From a virus (lineage: Duplodnaviria > Caudoviricetes), in IMG/VR virus record IMGVR_UViG_3300033076_000557, positions 1 through 41,759 of that record: a stretch of DNA of 41,759 bases; one strand, 5' to 3'. Made by a program: the position numbers and the translations under genes. Below, piece after piece: positions 7,916 through 16,893 of the stretch. The notes under the pieces are model-generated. The model saw nothing but the letters and a program-made list of their open reading frames with translations, searched no databases and was not told the origin of the DNA. Positions within the stretch are counted from its first letter, which is position 1. Each line of letters begins with the position of its first letter.

Positions 7916-8101
7916 TCACTTTTTGCGGAAGTCTTTGTACATGAGATAGACCTTATGAATGATCAACAGCAATGTGTAGATCAAGGTCATCCACATCAAA
8001 ATATCGCTGACTTGGTAACCCATGAAAGTAGCCAATGAAATCCCAACTGGAAGAGCAGACTTTGCTGCAATGGCTGTGGCTGTTTCTTGATCGTGTGTCA
8101 T
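7916..8101 (-). CDS. Small holin-like protein
   Basis: 61 aa, two hydrophobic segments, basic C-terminus; first gene of the lysis cassette. Confidence 0.6.
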   Translation of the reverse strand: MTHDQETATAIAAKSALPVGISLATFMGYQVSDILMWMTLIYTLLLIIHKVYLMYKDFRKK

Positions 8102-8104
8102 GGC

Positions 8105-9553
8105 TTATTTCTTTTTGACGGTTCGGTAAGGGCTGCCAAGCTTTTCTGCCTCTTTAAAAGCATTCAATTGTTTTTCAGTAAGAGTACCAGAAGCCAGCTC
8201 AAGTGGAGTAGCGCCAATTGGAAGCAATGCTTCGCCAACATTACGCGCCAAATCTTTTGCATTCGCGGATTGAGCAGCAGTCATAAGCAAGCCAGTAGCA
8301 CCAGCAACTTTGACAGCTTTACCCAATGGGCCATATTGTTTTGGAGGAGGAACACCAGCAGCTTTTCGTTCTGCACGGTTCAATGTTTGCTCTGGAATGT
8401 TCTCTTTTAGCCACTGCTCATACTTGCCGACCAAGCCATAAGCTTTGTCCATGCCAGCCTGACCGCCACCAATTGGCTTGCCAGCATTAAATTCATCAAT
8501 GATGAACTTGCGGACATCAGGGCCAACTGTGTCATGCAACCAGCTATCGCCACCACCCAAACCAGCTTTGAATTGCAAGTCTTTTGGCAGCTCTTCAATC
8601 TTGGTAAAAGTCTTTTTCTCTTTAGCCTTTGGAGGAACAGAGCCTTGAGGACGAGGAGCCTCTTGAGGGACAGCTTCTTTTGGAACCACTTGCATTTCAG
8701 CAGCGACTTCAGCAGAAGGTGTCAAAGTAATCTCTGGACCTTTTGGCGGCACGACAGGCTGACCAGCAACAGGAACATCAGCAGCAACAGGTGGTTGCAC
8801 AGCTTGCAAAGCTTCAGCCGCTTGAGCAGCACGAGAAGTAGTCTCAGCAGCCTTTTGTTCAGCAATGATTGCTTTATCCATCTTGGCCTTTTCAGAGCTT
8901 TGCAACATCTGACGGTCTTCAGGATTAACAGCGCCACTAGCTGTAGTTTTTTGGGCAGAGTTAGCGGCAGACTTGGCTTCGGCAGCAGCCTTTGCTTTTA
9001 ATTCCATAGCAGCAACTCTGCGCTCTTCCAAGGCGATCTTTGCTTGAATGGCTTCAGCACGGGCACGTTCAGTGTTTAAACGCGCCTCTTCTAATGGAGA
9101 AAGTTTTGGGGCCTCTGGAGCGCCTGTAAGCTCTGGAACGACATTAGGATCAACAGCAGCAGGAGCCATACCTTGTTTATTGACTTGTTGTGCATAAAGC
9201 TCGTTTCTGCGCTCGTCAATAGCAAGTCTACGCTCTGCTTGTTTGTTTTGCTGGTAAGCCTGATATAAGCTAGGAGCTTTCAAGACACCATAAGTTGCAG
9301 CAGCACCAGCAGCAAGTTCGCCAGGTGTCATCTGATCAATTTTTTCCAGCAAACCAGTGCTTGGTGCGCCTTGAGATTTATCTTCCTTCATCCCTGCCCC
9401 AGCCTGATACTCAGGAGCAGAAGCAGTAGCTTTCCAGCGGTCAGCCCAAGCCTTTTCAGCAGGGTCATCAGACTCGCCTAAAAAGCCAACGATGTCTTCA
9501 ATTGGGTGGCCTTCTTGAAGTGCAGAAGAAATAAAACTATGTACGTCAGCCAT
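8105..9553 (-). CDS. Probable internal virion / DNA ejection protein
   Basis: Ala/Gln/Pro-rich helical 482 aa at the end of the podovirus tail block; call from position and composition. Confidence 0.5.
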   Translation of the reverse strand: MADVHSFISSALQEGHPIEDIVGFLGESDDPAEKAWADRWKATASAPEYQAGAGMKEDKSQGAPSTGLLEKIDQMTPGELAAGAAATYGVLKAPSLYQAYQQNKQAERRLAIDERRNELYAQQVNKQGMAPAAVDPNVVPELTGAPEAPKLSPLEEARLNTERARAEAIQAKIALEERRVAAMELKAKAAAEAKSAANSAQKTTASGAVNPEDRQMLQSSEKAKMDKAIIAEQKAAETTSRAAQAAEALQAVQPPVAADVPVAGQPVVPPKGPEITLTPSAEVAAEMQVVPKEAVPQEAPRPQGSVPPKAKEKKTFTKIEELPKDLQFKAGLGGGDSWLHDTVGPDVRKFIIDEFNAGKPIGGGQAGMDKAYGLVGKYEQWLKENIPEQTLNRAERKAAGVPPPKQYGPLGKAVKVAGATGLLMTAAQSANAKDLARNVGEALLPIGATPLELASGTLTEKQLNAFKEAEKLGSPYRTVKKK

Positions 9554-9563
9554 TTTGTTTTCC

Positions 9564-11099
9564 TTATCTCATGCTCTCACGAATTGCAGACAATGAGCGC
9601 CGTGTTGGTGTAGCTGGTTCAACAGCAGGGGCAGCAGGTGGGCGACTGCCGCTTGGACCCATGCTTTTAGAAGCATTCTCACGTGGAGCAACAGCTTGTC
9701 TACCACTTTCATTTGTCAAGCCTTGAGTTGCTTGGCGTTGACCAATTTCAGCAGCAACAGCATCATTCTCTTTGTCAATAATATAGCTTTGTTCTGCTGC
9801 GCCTTTACGCAATCTTGCCATTTCTGGAGAACGAGCAAACTCAGCACGGAGAGTGCCGATGTCGGGACTACGACCAGCAGGAATGTTACGCAAACGCTTC
9901 TCCATAAAGCTACTAAAAGCTTCTGAAGCAGCGCCATAGAACTCGTCACTAATTGCCTTTTGACGAGCAGACATGAAGCTGTCGCCAAGTTGTTGTGGCA
10001 GGTTAGGACGAGCAACGCCAATGCCGCCAAACTTTTCAATTGCATTCTGAGCAAGAGAAATTTTGTAGTTGTTGTTAATTAACGCCGTGATGTCGTTCAA
10101 CAGTTCTGGCTTACCTGCTGCCAAGATTTGTGCGCGTTGCAACATGTCTTGTTGACGAGTTTCAATTGCCTTGTCAGAAGTTTGACCTTCTTCAAAAGCA
10201 CGACCCATTTTTTCAAGCTGCTCTTTTGTAGCCACATTACCTTTGGCATCAGTCCAACCTCGACCTTGGTGATATTGAAGGCCAAAATTCAAGCCAATTG
10301 AATCTTTTGCAGATTTGGAAATCGTGTCAGACTTTTTAGAGCCATCTGCGTTTTGCAACAAAGTATCAACAGTAGAACGAGTTTGTTGTTGATCACCAGT
10401 GCGAATACTGGAGATGCCTTTGATAAACGCAAGAGTATTTGGATCAAGCGATGCAGGAGACAAGCGTTTAGCAATCTGATTATTCTGTGCGCCAAGCTCA
10501 CGAATCAAGCCGCCATTAGCACCAGCTTCACCAGAAAGCTTCATGGTGTCAATAAAGTCCACAGCACGAGCTTTTGCAACATCTTGCAAGGTGGCGCCCA
10601 TTGCTTTAAACAATGGCTGACGTTCAGCGGTAATGTCTGACTTAGATGTGATTGGCCCAATCTGAGCCAACTCTTGCTCTGTTAGATATTTTCCAGTTGT
10701 GCGATTTTTATATCCTCGCAACTCACCGCGCTGGTTATAAATAACAGCATAATTATTTCCTGCGCCATCATATCCAGCTTCAGCTTGATCTGCGCCACCA
10801 GTTAAACCAACATAGACTTTTAGAGGGTCTGCTTTAAAGATACCTGCCAACACATCACCAATACGAGCTTCGTTAGCCGTCTTGAATACATTAGCAACTT
10901 CAATGTTATCTTCTGGAGTTCCTTGGCCTGTAGCCGCAATCATCACTTTTTGAACAATAGGTGCATATACTTGATTGTGCAAGTCAGCGGCATCTTTGTT
11001 GATTTGCTCAAATTCTTGGCTTTGACCCCAATCCAAATTGGAAGAGGTTTTGACATCTTTATTTGATGCTTGTTCAGGAGTAGTTACTTGTTCTGTCAT
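9564..11099 (-). CDS. Probable internal virion / DNA ejection protein
   Basis: 511 aa helical, Cys-free; position. Confidence 0.5.
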   Translation of the reverse strand: MTEQVTTPEQASNKDVKTSSNLDWGQSQEFEQINKDAADLHNQVYAPIVQKVMIAATGQGTPEDNIEVANVFKTANEARIGDVLAGIFKADPLKVYVGLTGGADQAEAGYDGAGNNYAVIYNQRGELRGYKNRTTGKYLTEQELAQIGPITSKSDITAERQPLFKAMGATLQDVAKARAVDFIDTMKLSGEAGANGGLIRELGAQNNQIAKRLSPASLDPNTLAFIKGISSIRTGDQQQTRSTVDTLLQNADGSKKSDTISKSAKDSIGLNFGLQYHQGRGWTDAKGNVATKEQLEKMGRAFEEGQTSDKAIETRQQDMLQRAQILAAGKPELLNDITALINNNYKISLAQNAIEKFGGIGVARPNLPQQLGDSFMSARQKAISDEFYGAASEAFSSFMEKRLRNIPAGRSPDIGTLRAEFARSPEMARLRKGAAEQSYIIDKENDAVAAEIGQRQATQGLTNESGRQAVAPRENASKSMGPSGSRPPAAPAVEPATPTRRSLSAIRESMR

Positions 11100-11491
11100 T
11101 ACTCAACTCCATAATGTTGGTCAATTACGCTTGGCTGTTTGTATGGTTGCACACTTGGTTGCGCTGGAGAGAACCCACGATATGCATTGACAGCAGCCAT
11201 ACCATTACCTTGAGAAGCCTGATCCCAAGCGTTAGAAATGTTTGTGGCCTTTTGCTGAATTGGCGCAACGGCTTGATTAACTTGTTGAGTTGCCATTTCA
11301 CCAAAAGATTGAGGAGGCGCAACAGGACCAGATACTTGAGGTGGCGTTTCACCACCAGCAGCAGGTACGCCAACAACTTCAGCCATTACCTGTTTAACAC
11401 TCTTCATTTGTTGGTCACCACCCATGCCAGAGTATGAAGAGTAATCTCCAAACTGGCCTGGATTAATGAACTTATTTGGATCAAATGGCAT
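11099..11491 (-). CDS. Probable small virion/ejection protein
   Basis: Q/P/G-rich low-complexity ORF coupled to neighbours. Confidence 0.45.
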   Translation of the reverse strand: MPFDPNKFINPGQFGDYSSYSGMGGDQQMKSVKQVMAEVVGVPAAGGETPPQVSGPVAPPQSFGEMATQQVNQAVAPIQQKATNISNAWDQASQGNGMAAVNAYRGFSPAQPSVQPYKQPSVIDQHYGVE

Positions 11492-11500
11492 GATGACTCC

Positions 11501-12214
11501 TTAACCCAATTTGATACCAGAACCCTTGGAGGAGCTGGTTTGACCTTGAGTGCCTTGGAAATTTGGCGTTGTAGATTGTTGTGGAGTTCCGTAGATGACA
11601 GAAGCATATTTTGCCAACACATCTTGTGGAGTTTGGGCGTAACCAATACGAGCAGAGGCGGCTTGATTTGCAGAAGCCAATTGTTGACCGCCAAGAGTTG
11701 CTAGTTGATTTGCGGCAGCAGACTTGTTTGCTTGAACACCAGCACGAGCAGAAGCGGCAGCAGTAGCTTGACGTTGTTCATTAAGACTAGCCAAGTTGCG
11801 GTCAGCCAAAGCCATTCGAGAACTGCCTAAACCGCCAGCACCACCATACATGGCGTTTTGACCAGCTTGCGATTCACGAGCTGATTCACGACCAGCTTGC
11901 AATGCAGCTTGAACTTGTCCTTCCTCGTATTGAGGATTAAACAATGATGCAAGACCAGCCATGCCTGTCAAAGTGCCAGCAGTGCCAGTTGCTTGCTGAG
12001 TAGCGCCAGTTTGACCAGCCACATTCATTGCGGTGTTAGCAGCGCTAGTGGCTACTGGATTTGCTTGACCATAAACATCGGTAGCCATACCAATTGTCTT
12101 CTGATAAGCTGGAAGAAAAGTATTCTTCAACGCTCCAGTTTGCGTTCTTAGCAAGTCCTTTTGTTCTTCAGTAACAACTGCTTGCTGATTGCCTGATGAT
12201 TTCCCGCTACCCAT
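11501..12214 (-). CDS. Probable DNA transfer (pilot/ejection) protein
   Basis: G/A/Q-rich, MGSGKSSG start, MYGGAGGLGSSR motif typical of podoviral pilot proteins. Confidence 0.6.
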   Translation of the reverse strand: MGSGKSSGNQQAVVTEEQKDLLRTQTGALKNTFLPAYQKTIGMATDVYGQANPVATSAANTAMNVAGQTGATQQATGTAGTLTGMAGLASLFNPQYEEGQVQAALQAGRESARESQAGQNAMYGGAGGLGSSRMALADRNLASLNEQRQATAAASARAGVQANKSAAANQLATLGGQQLASANQAASARIGYAQTPQDVLAKYASVIYGTPQQSTTPNFQGTQGQTSSSKGSGIKLG

Positions 12215-12216
12215 GA

Positions 12217-12489
12217 TTAACCTCCTTTGCCCTTGCCGCCATTCTGAGGCTGCAATGGTTGTATTTGACTATTATCCCACTGTCCGACAGTATTAGAGTA
12301 TTGATTTTGCTGACCAATTCGGGGTTGTCCTGATGTGGCTGAATTTGTTTGTGCGCCGCCTTTACCCATTGGGCTAGGCTGTTGTGGAAACGGCTGTGTT
12401 TCAGCTTGAGGAGCAGGAGCGCCCCCTTTGCCGCCAGATTGATTTGCAGACGTTTGTGGCTGTTGTACTTGTGATGAAAATCCACCCAT
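12217..12489 (-). CDS. Small Gly/Gln-rich disordered protein
   Basis: Repeated GGKGG and Q-rich content; AAGGA RBS; preferred over the overlapping 12207..12485 frame. Confidence 0.6.
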   Translation of the reverse strand: MGGFSSQVQQPQTSANQSGGKGGAPAPQAETQPFPQQPSPMGKGGAQTNSATSGQPRIGQQNQYSNTVGQWDNSQIQPLQPQNGGKGKGG

Positions 12490-12498
12490 GATTTATCC

Positions 12499-14880
12499 TT
12501 AAATACTTACTTGATAAATATAAACATTAAAACTGGCAGAAGGCTCAATAACATCAACGGCTGATGACAAAAAATTATTACTTGAATCGTAACCGTAAGC
12601 CAGCCCTTGATACACTTTTAAAGAATATGTCCCTGGATTAAGGTCAATAACAGAATAATAAGTTTGTGGTGTTTTCATTCTTTTGTATCCAACTTCGCCA
12701 ATATAACTAGGTGTTCCATTAACAAGCAACTCAAATGATGTTTTAGGAATTACCGATCCAGAAGAATTTTCTATTCTTGTGATAGCGCCAAAAACAATAC
12801 TTGTTGCGGCAGAAACACATCTTGCAGATATGTTTGTTGAGTACGCAACAACAGTTTTACCTTTTCTAGATAAAGTAAATGTACAGATTGTTTGCGATGG
12901 ATTGGTTATTAAATTAGCAAATGTACCATTATCAATGGTAATACTGGATAAGCCATTAACATAAAAATTAGACCCATCAAATACAATATTTGCAGATGAA
13001 TTTCCACTTATAAATCTTCCATCATTGTAAAGACGAGACCCTGATCCAGTCATGGTTGTGCCGCTAATTGTAGGAGTGCTACCAATAGAAATATCACCAG
13101 CGGTAATATTACCCATGTTTGCTGAAATTGCGGACAATTGAGACACACTTAATTTGTCAGAAGTAATTGTGTTTTCAACAATCAAACTTCCAGTAATGTA
13201 TGTCGTAAATAGCACCCAAGAGGTCACATAACGATAAACAACTGCATTATTTGAAGAGTTGTAGCTAACTGTACAAATATCTCCAGCAACTGGATTTCTT
13301 CCAAGCAAAGCAGAAACTTCTGCGTTTGTGGGAGCAGAACTGTCATTTGCGGCACGAGTAATAACAAATGTGGCAGCGCCTGGAGCGCCGTTTGTCCCGT
13401 TCGTCCCGTTCGTCCCGTTCGTCCCGTTTGCTCCGTTATAAGAAACAGCGCGAATTGTGTTGGCTGTATCTGCCCAATTTAGAGTAGATGTAGTAGTGGT
13501 GGCAACAGCGCTCAAAGGAATTGTTAATTCCCACAAATAGTTGCCAGCAGTCGTGTTGCTAGGAGCTACCGTAGACCATCCAGAGGGAGCTGAATAACTA
13601 TTTGTTGCCCACGTATATGTAGATGTTGTTGATGGCCTTGTGGGGGGCGTAGAGCTTCCTGTCCAAATGTAAATGGATGGGAAAGCAGACATCATTCCAT
13701 TAGCGCCAGCAGTACCTGGAGCGCCGTCATACACAACAGGCATTTTTATGGTTTTGCTTATTGGAGAAAGCAAATTAGTACCATTTACGGTCAACGTAAC
13801 ATCTACGCCAGTAGAGGATGATAGTGGAGTAACAACAACAGATGCAGTTGTTGCAGTAGTTGGAGTTGCTCCAGAAATTGCCCACGAATACGTTGGAGAA
13901 GTTACGTTTGTCAACAAGGCACTTAGCGTTGCTGTTGTTGGCGTATATGCTCCGCCAGCGTTTTGCACAAATGATGTGTAGCCAGAAATATCAATGCCAG
14001 CCCCTTGTGGACCAGTAGCCCCTGGGTCTACAAATACCAATTGCAGTTTTACAACAGAAGCTTGAGAAACTACTCCCAAACTATTTTTGTATCGAATTGG
14101 AACCGTGATGTAAGCTGGGCTGCTTGACATTGCAGTTGGTTCAGGCCAAATAGCATAGTCGCCAGCATCCGTAGGATCGCCAATTGTGATGTTTGAATAG
14201 GAAATATCACCAAACCCCGTGGTAGATGAATTTCCAATACGCCAAGAATTATTGACAAAAGCAACATTGCTATCTGTCGTTGCGCCAGAATAAGGAACAA
14301 CAGTACCTTTGTCTGTAGCAAATAGCACAGGCGTGATGTTTGTAAATACAGGCGTCAACACACTGCCTGTACGTGGTACTTGAATGTTGCCTGGCGTGAA
14401 ATAGCTTACAAACGATTCAACAATAACTGGAACAGTTGCCGATGTAACAACATCAAGGTCAATTGAATATCCAGGCTCTTGCAACCAGCCAACATCAGGA
14501 GCAGAAGTTGCGACAGCCAACTGAATAGCTCTACCGCCAGTTGTTTGATACCAGAGATATTTGGAAGTTCCAAATCCACCAGTTGCTTTTGTCCAAATGT
14601 AGTCGGATGGGTTTGTAGATTCAGCGGACGAACTGCTATTACGAAGCCCGTAATACTCACGATTTGTTGGCAAGTCACTGAAATTTAGTGAGCCGTCAAA
14701 ACTGTCAGCATATTTAACAGATAAATACTGATACAAGTATCCAACAACAACTCCACCAGCGCCTGTGATTTGACCATTGCTAACGTCAGAGGAAAGGCCT
14801 GTTGTGAAATTACTGATCAAATAGTTGACCGCATCAGAAATTTCTGATGAAGTTGGATTTGCGTTAAGTAAAAATGGCAT
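12499..14880 (-). CDS. Tail fibre / tail spike-like virion protein
   Basis: 793 aa S/T-rich beta protein; YLSVKYAD...NP.DY.W module, collagen-like GxN repeats, IT.DKL.V..LSAISANMG motif. Confidence 0.75.
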   Translation of the reverse strand: MPFLLNANPTSSEISDAVNYLISNFTTGLSSDVSNGQITGAGGVVVGYLYQYLSVKYADSFDGSLNFSDLPTNREYYGLRNSSSSAESTNPSDYIWTKATGGFGTSKYLWYQTTGGRAIQLAVATSAPDVGWLQEPGYSIDLDVVTSATVPVIVESFVSYFTPGNIQVPRTGSVLTPVFTNITPVLFATDKGTVVPYSGATTDSNVAFVNNSWRIGNSSTTGFGDISYSNITIGDPTDAGDYAIWPEPTAMSSSPAYITVPIRYKNSLGVVSQASVVKLQLVFVDPGATGPQGAGIDISGYTSFVQNAGGAYTPTTATLSALLTNVTSPTYSWAISGATPTTATTASVVVTPLSSSTGVDVTLTVNGTNLLSPISKTIKMPVVYDGAPGTAGANGMMSAFPSIYIWTGSSTPPTRPSTTSTYTWATNSYSAPSGWSTVAPSNTTAGNYLWELTIPLSAVATTTTSTLNWADTANTIRAVSYNGANGTNGTNGTNGTNGAPGAATFVITRAANDSSAPTNAEVSALLGRNPVAGDICTVSYNSSNNAVVYRYVTSWVLFTTYITGSLIVENTITSDKLSVSQLSAISANMGNITAGDISIGSTPTISGTTMTGSGSRLYNDGRFISGNSSANIVFDGSNFYVNGLSSITIDNGTFANLITNPSQTICTFTLSRKGKTVVAYSTNISARCVSAATSIVFGAITRIENSSGSVIPKTSFELLVNGTPSYIGEVGYKRMKTPQTYYSVIDLNPGTYSLKVYQGLAYGYDSSNNFLSSAVDVIEPSASFNVYIYQVSI
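13389..13428 (-). repeat. 9-bp tandem repeat encoding (NGT)n
   Basis: cgtttgtcc-cgttcgtcc-cgttcgtcc-cgttcgtcc-cgtt. Confidence 0.9.
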
Positions 14881-16493
14881 TAGAAGGCATCCTCAGTTAC
14901 TGTCGCTTGCCAATTCATAGCCGTCAAATTCCATGCGTCAGTGGCATTGTTTGATTCTACTTTTATTGACAAAGTTCTGACATTGTTTTGTTGAGTTACT
15001 ACCCAAGGATTGTCAGTTACCACAGAGACTGTAGATTTTTCACCGTATGTTGCTGGTTGAGCAGTAGAGTTAGCACCGCCAACACTAATGTCGATAGTTC
15101 CAGTGCCTGAGATTTCAGGCAGCAAACGATGCGCGTAAACCTTTGATGAATAAGGAACTGGACCTTCAGCGGTTTGCAAAGTAATGTTGTTTCTTTCAAA
15201 TAACGTAGGGATTGGCTCGTTATCAATAAAAGAATTGCCACGATTAGTCTGAACTAATTTTTTGCTAGAAATGCCGCCACGAGCATATGTCACAGTCCTT
15301 GATGCGTATTTGAATGCGCCATCAGTGAACACTGGCGCTTCTGTTGCCATGCAAGCGTTTTTAATATCTTTAGGAGCATTCCACACATTTAGGTCATAGC
15401 GCCAAGACAGCATTTTGTTACACCAGCCAGTAGATGTCAGATCAGGATAGTAAATCTCGATTTGATTCTTCTGAGTGTTGTTGACCATAAAAATACGATC
15501 AGAGTATGCTGTGCTCAAATTGGAAAAAAAGTAATCTCGTACTTTTTGATTTCCTAGCGGATCAAAATCTGACCCATTAAATACCCAAATATCTCGACTG
15601 TCTACACCATAAACTGCTGAATCAGTATTTGACCAACAGTTATTGTTGATCAGTCCTCGGCCTTGGTTAAACAGTCGAACACCGAAAATCGGTGCTGTTG
15701 TGCTTTGATAGGCAATTGGAGAAAAAACAACTGTATCCCAATAGCTGCAAACATAAAAGTTTGCGCCAAAGAAAAATCCATCAATCAATGGGCCACGTAC
15801 AGGTACTTCTTGTTCGTTAGCTACGTTGTTAAGAGTTGGCTCCCATGTGGCTGGGATGCCAGTATTTGCAAATGCTTGCGACCAACGAACTGTTGTTGGA
15901 TAGTTGACAGTTGAACCACTAGACAAGTCTTTGGTGATGTTTCCAGCTATCAAAATATTGCCCACATTGGGCGAACAGAAATTTCTCACAAAACCAGCTC
16001 GTGTGGCATTTACGCCAACATCGTAATTCCAGTCTGCATTAGCAGTTACGGTTATTTCTGTGCTTGTTGGCAAGAAATACATTGGATTTGAAATGCCGTC
16101 ATTAATAAAAAATACGTTTCCAACCCAATCTGTTGTGATGTTGATGTTTTCTGTATATCCAGAAAGATATACCGATGGATTTCCACCAACTCCAGGGGTA
16201 ATGTTTGTAATGCCAGAAGATGTAATCATCCACCACTTACCGTGGCTTGAGCTATCTCTTGTGGCAACGATATATACCCATTGAGTTTCAGAACGAAATC
16301 CACCTTCCATGAAGATGGGCATATCAGTAATGGTGGAAAGAATTTCTTCTTCGCCACCAATTTTTTTGATGCCACGAACATCAGCCTCTACGTTACGACC
16401 AGAGTTGTACTCGTTTGCTCCAAGTGCATTACTTGGCACATCAGGAGTAAAACTCATATTTATAAATGGAGTTCGTAAAGACGTATAGCTCAT
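14880..16493 (-). CDS. Tail nozzle / tubular protein (P22 gp10 / T7 gp12-like beta propeller)
   Basis: 537 aa; D.P...L..NEY..G.NV start, TVRWS, DIWVFNG....LG..KVRDYFF; position. Confidence 0.7.
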   Translation of the reverse strand: MSYTSLRTPFINMSFTPDVPSNALGANEYNSGRNVEADVRGIKKIGGEEEILSTITDMPIFMEGGFRSETQWVYIVATRDSSSHGKWWMITSSGITNITPGVGGNPSVYLSGYTENINITTDWVGNVFFINDGISNPMYFLPTSTEITVTANADWNYDVGVNATRAGFVRNFCSPNVGNILIAGNITKDLSSGSTVNYPTTVRWSQAFANTGIPATWEPTLNNVANEQEVPVRGPLIDGFFFGANFYVCSYWDTVVFSPIAYQSTTAPIFGVRLFNQGRGLINNNCWSNTDSAVYGVDSRDIWVFNGSDFDPLGNQKVRDYFFSNLSTAYSDRIFMVNNTQKNQIEIYYPDLTSTGWCNKMLSWRYDLNVWNAPKDIKNACMATEAPVFTDGAFKYASRTVTYARGGISSKKLVQTNRGNSFIDNEPIPTLFERNNITLQTAEGPVPYSSKVYAHRLLPEISGTGTIDISVGGANSTAQPATYGEKSTVSVVTDNPWVVTQQNNVRTLSIKVESNNATDAWNLTAMNWQATVTEDAF

Positions 16494-16517
16494 GATTTAT
16501 CCTCGGTTGAACCGATT

Positions 16518-16673
16518 TTACTCAGGCTTTGGCTGGTCTTTTGGCATCTGCTCGATTGCTTGACCTTCAATTTTTTTCAATAAAGGATAAGCATTTGAGC
16601 TTGTTGGCAATTGACCAAAAACTTGAAGAATGAAATTTACATCTTCAATTGTCAAATCTATTTTCATGTTCAT
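16518..16673 (-). CDS. Small tail-associated protein
   Basis: LTIEDVNFILQ.FGQLP...AYPL..KI..QA motif, common after phage fibres; ATGA start at 16673. Confidence 0.6.
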   Translation of the reverse strand: MNMKIDLTIEDVNFILQVFGQLPTSSNAYPLLKKIEGQAIEQMPKDQPKPE

Positions 16674-16891
16674 GCTACCGCCTGTTGCAAAGGTGTTAAA
16701 TTTTCTGTTGTCCAAAAATCTTTGGCTAACATGATAGTCAAATGCTCTTTGTTACGAGCCACTGTGTCGGCCCATTCAGCGTCTTCCACACCTTCTGGCT
16801 TGCCGCCGTTGATGAGGTTCACGCTGTCCATTGCTGCGCTGTAATGGCGTGCAATTTCTTCGGCTGTGGGTTGTTCAATGATGTCGGTCAT
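16670..16891 (-). CDS. Small tail-fibre-associated protein
   Basis: EEIARHYSAAMDSVNLIN...RNKEHL.IMLAKDFWT; immediately downstream of the fibre. Confidence 0.65.
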   Translation of the reverse strand: MTDIIEQPTAEEIARHYSAAMDSVNLINGGKPEGVEDAEWADTVARNKEHLTIMLAKDFWTTENLTPLQQAVA

Positions 16892-16893
16892 TT

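Noticed and set aside
12207-12485. Alternative-frame 92-aa ORF and the many short shadow ORFs inside structural genes
   Set aside because: They overlap better-supported genes and lack RBS or motifs
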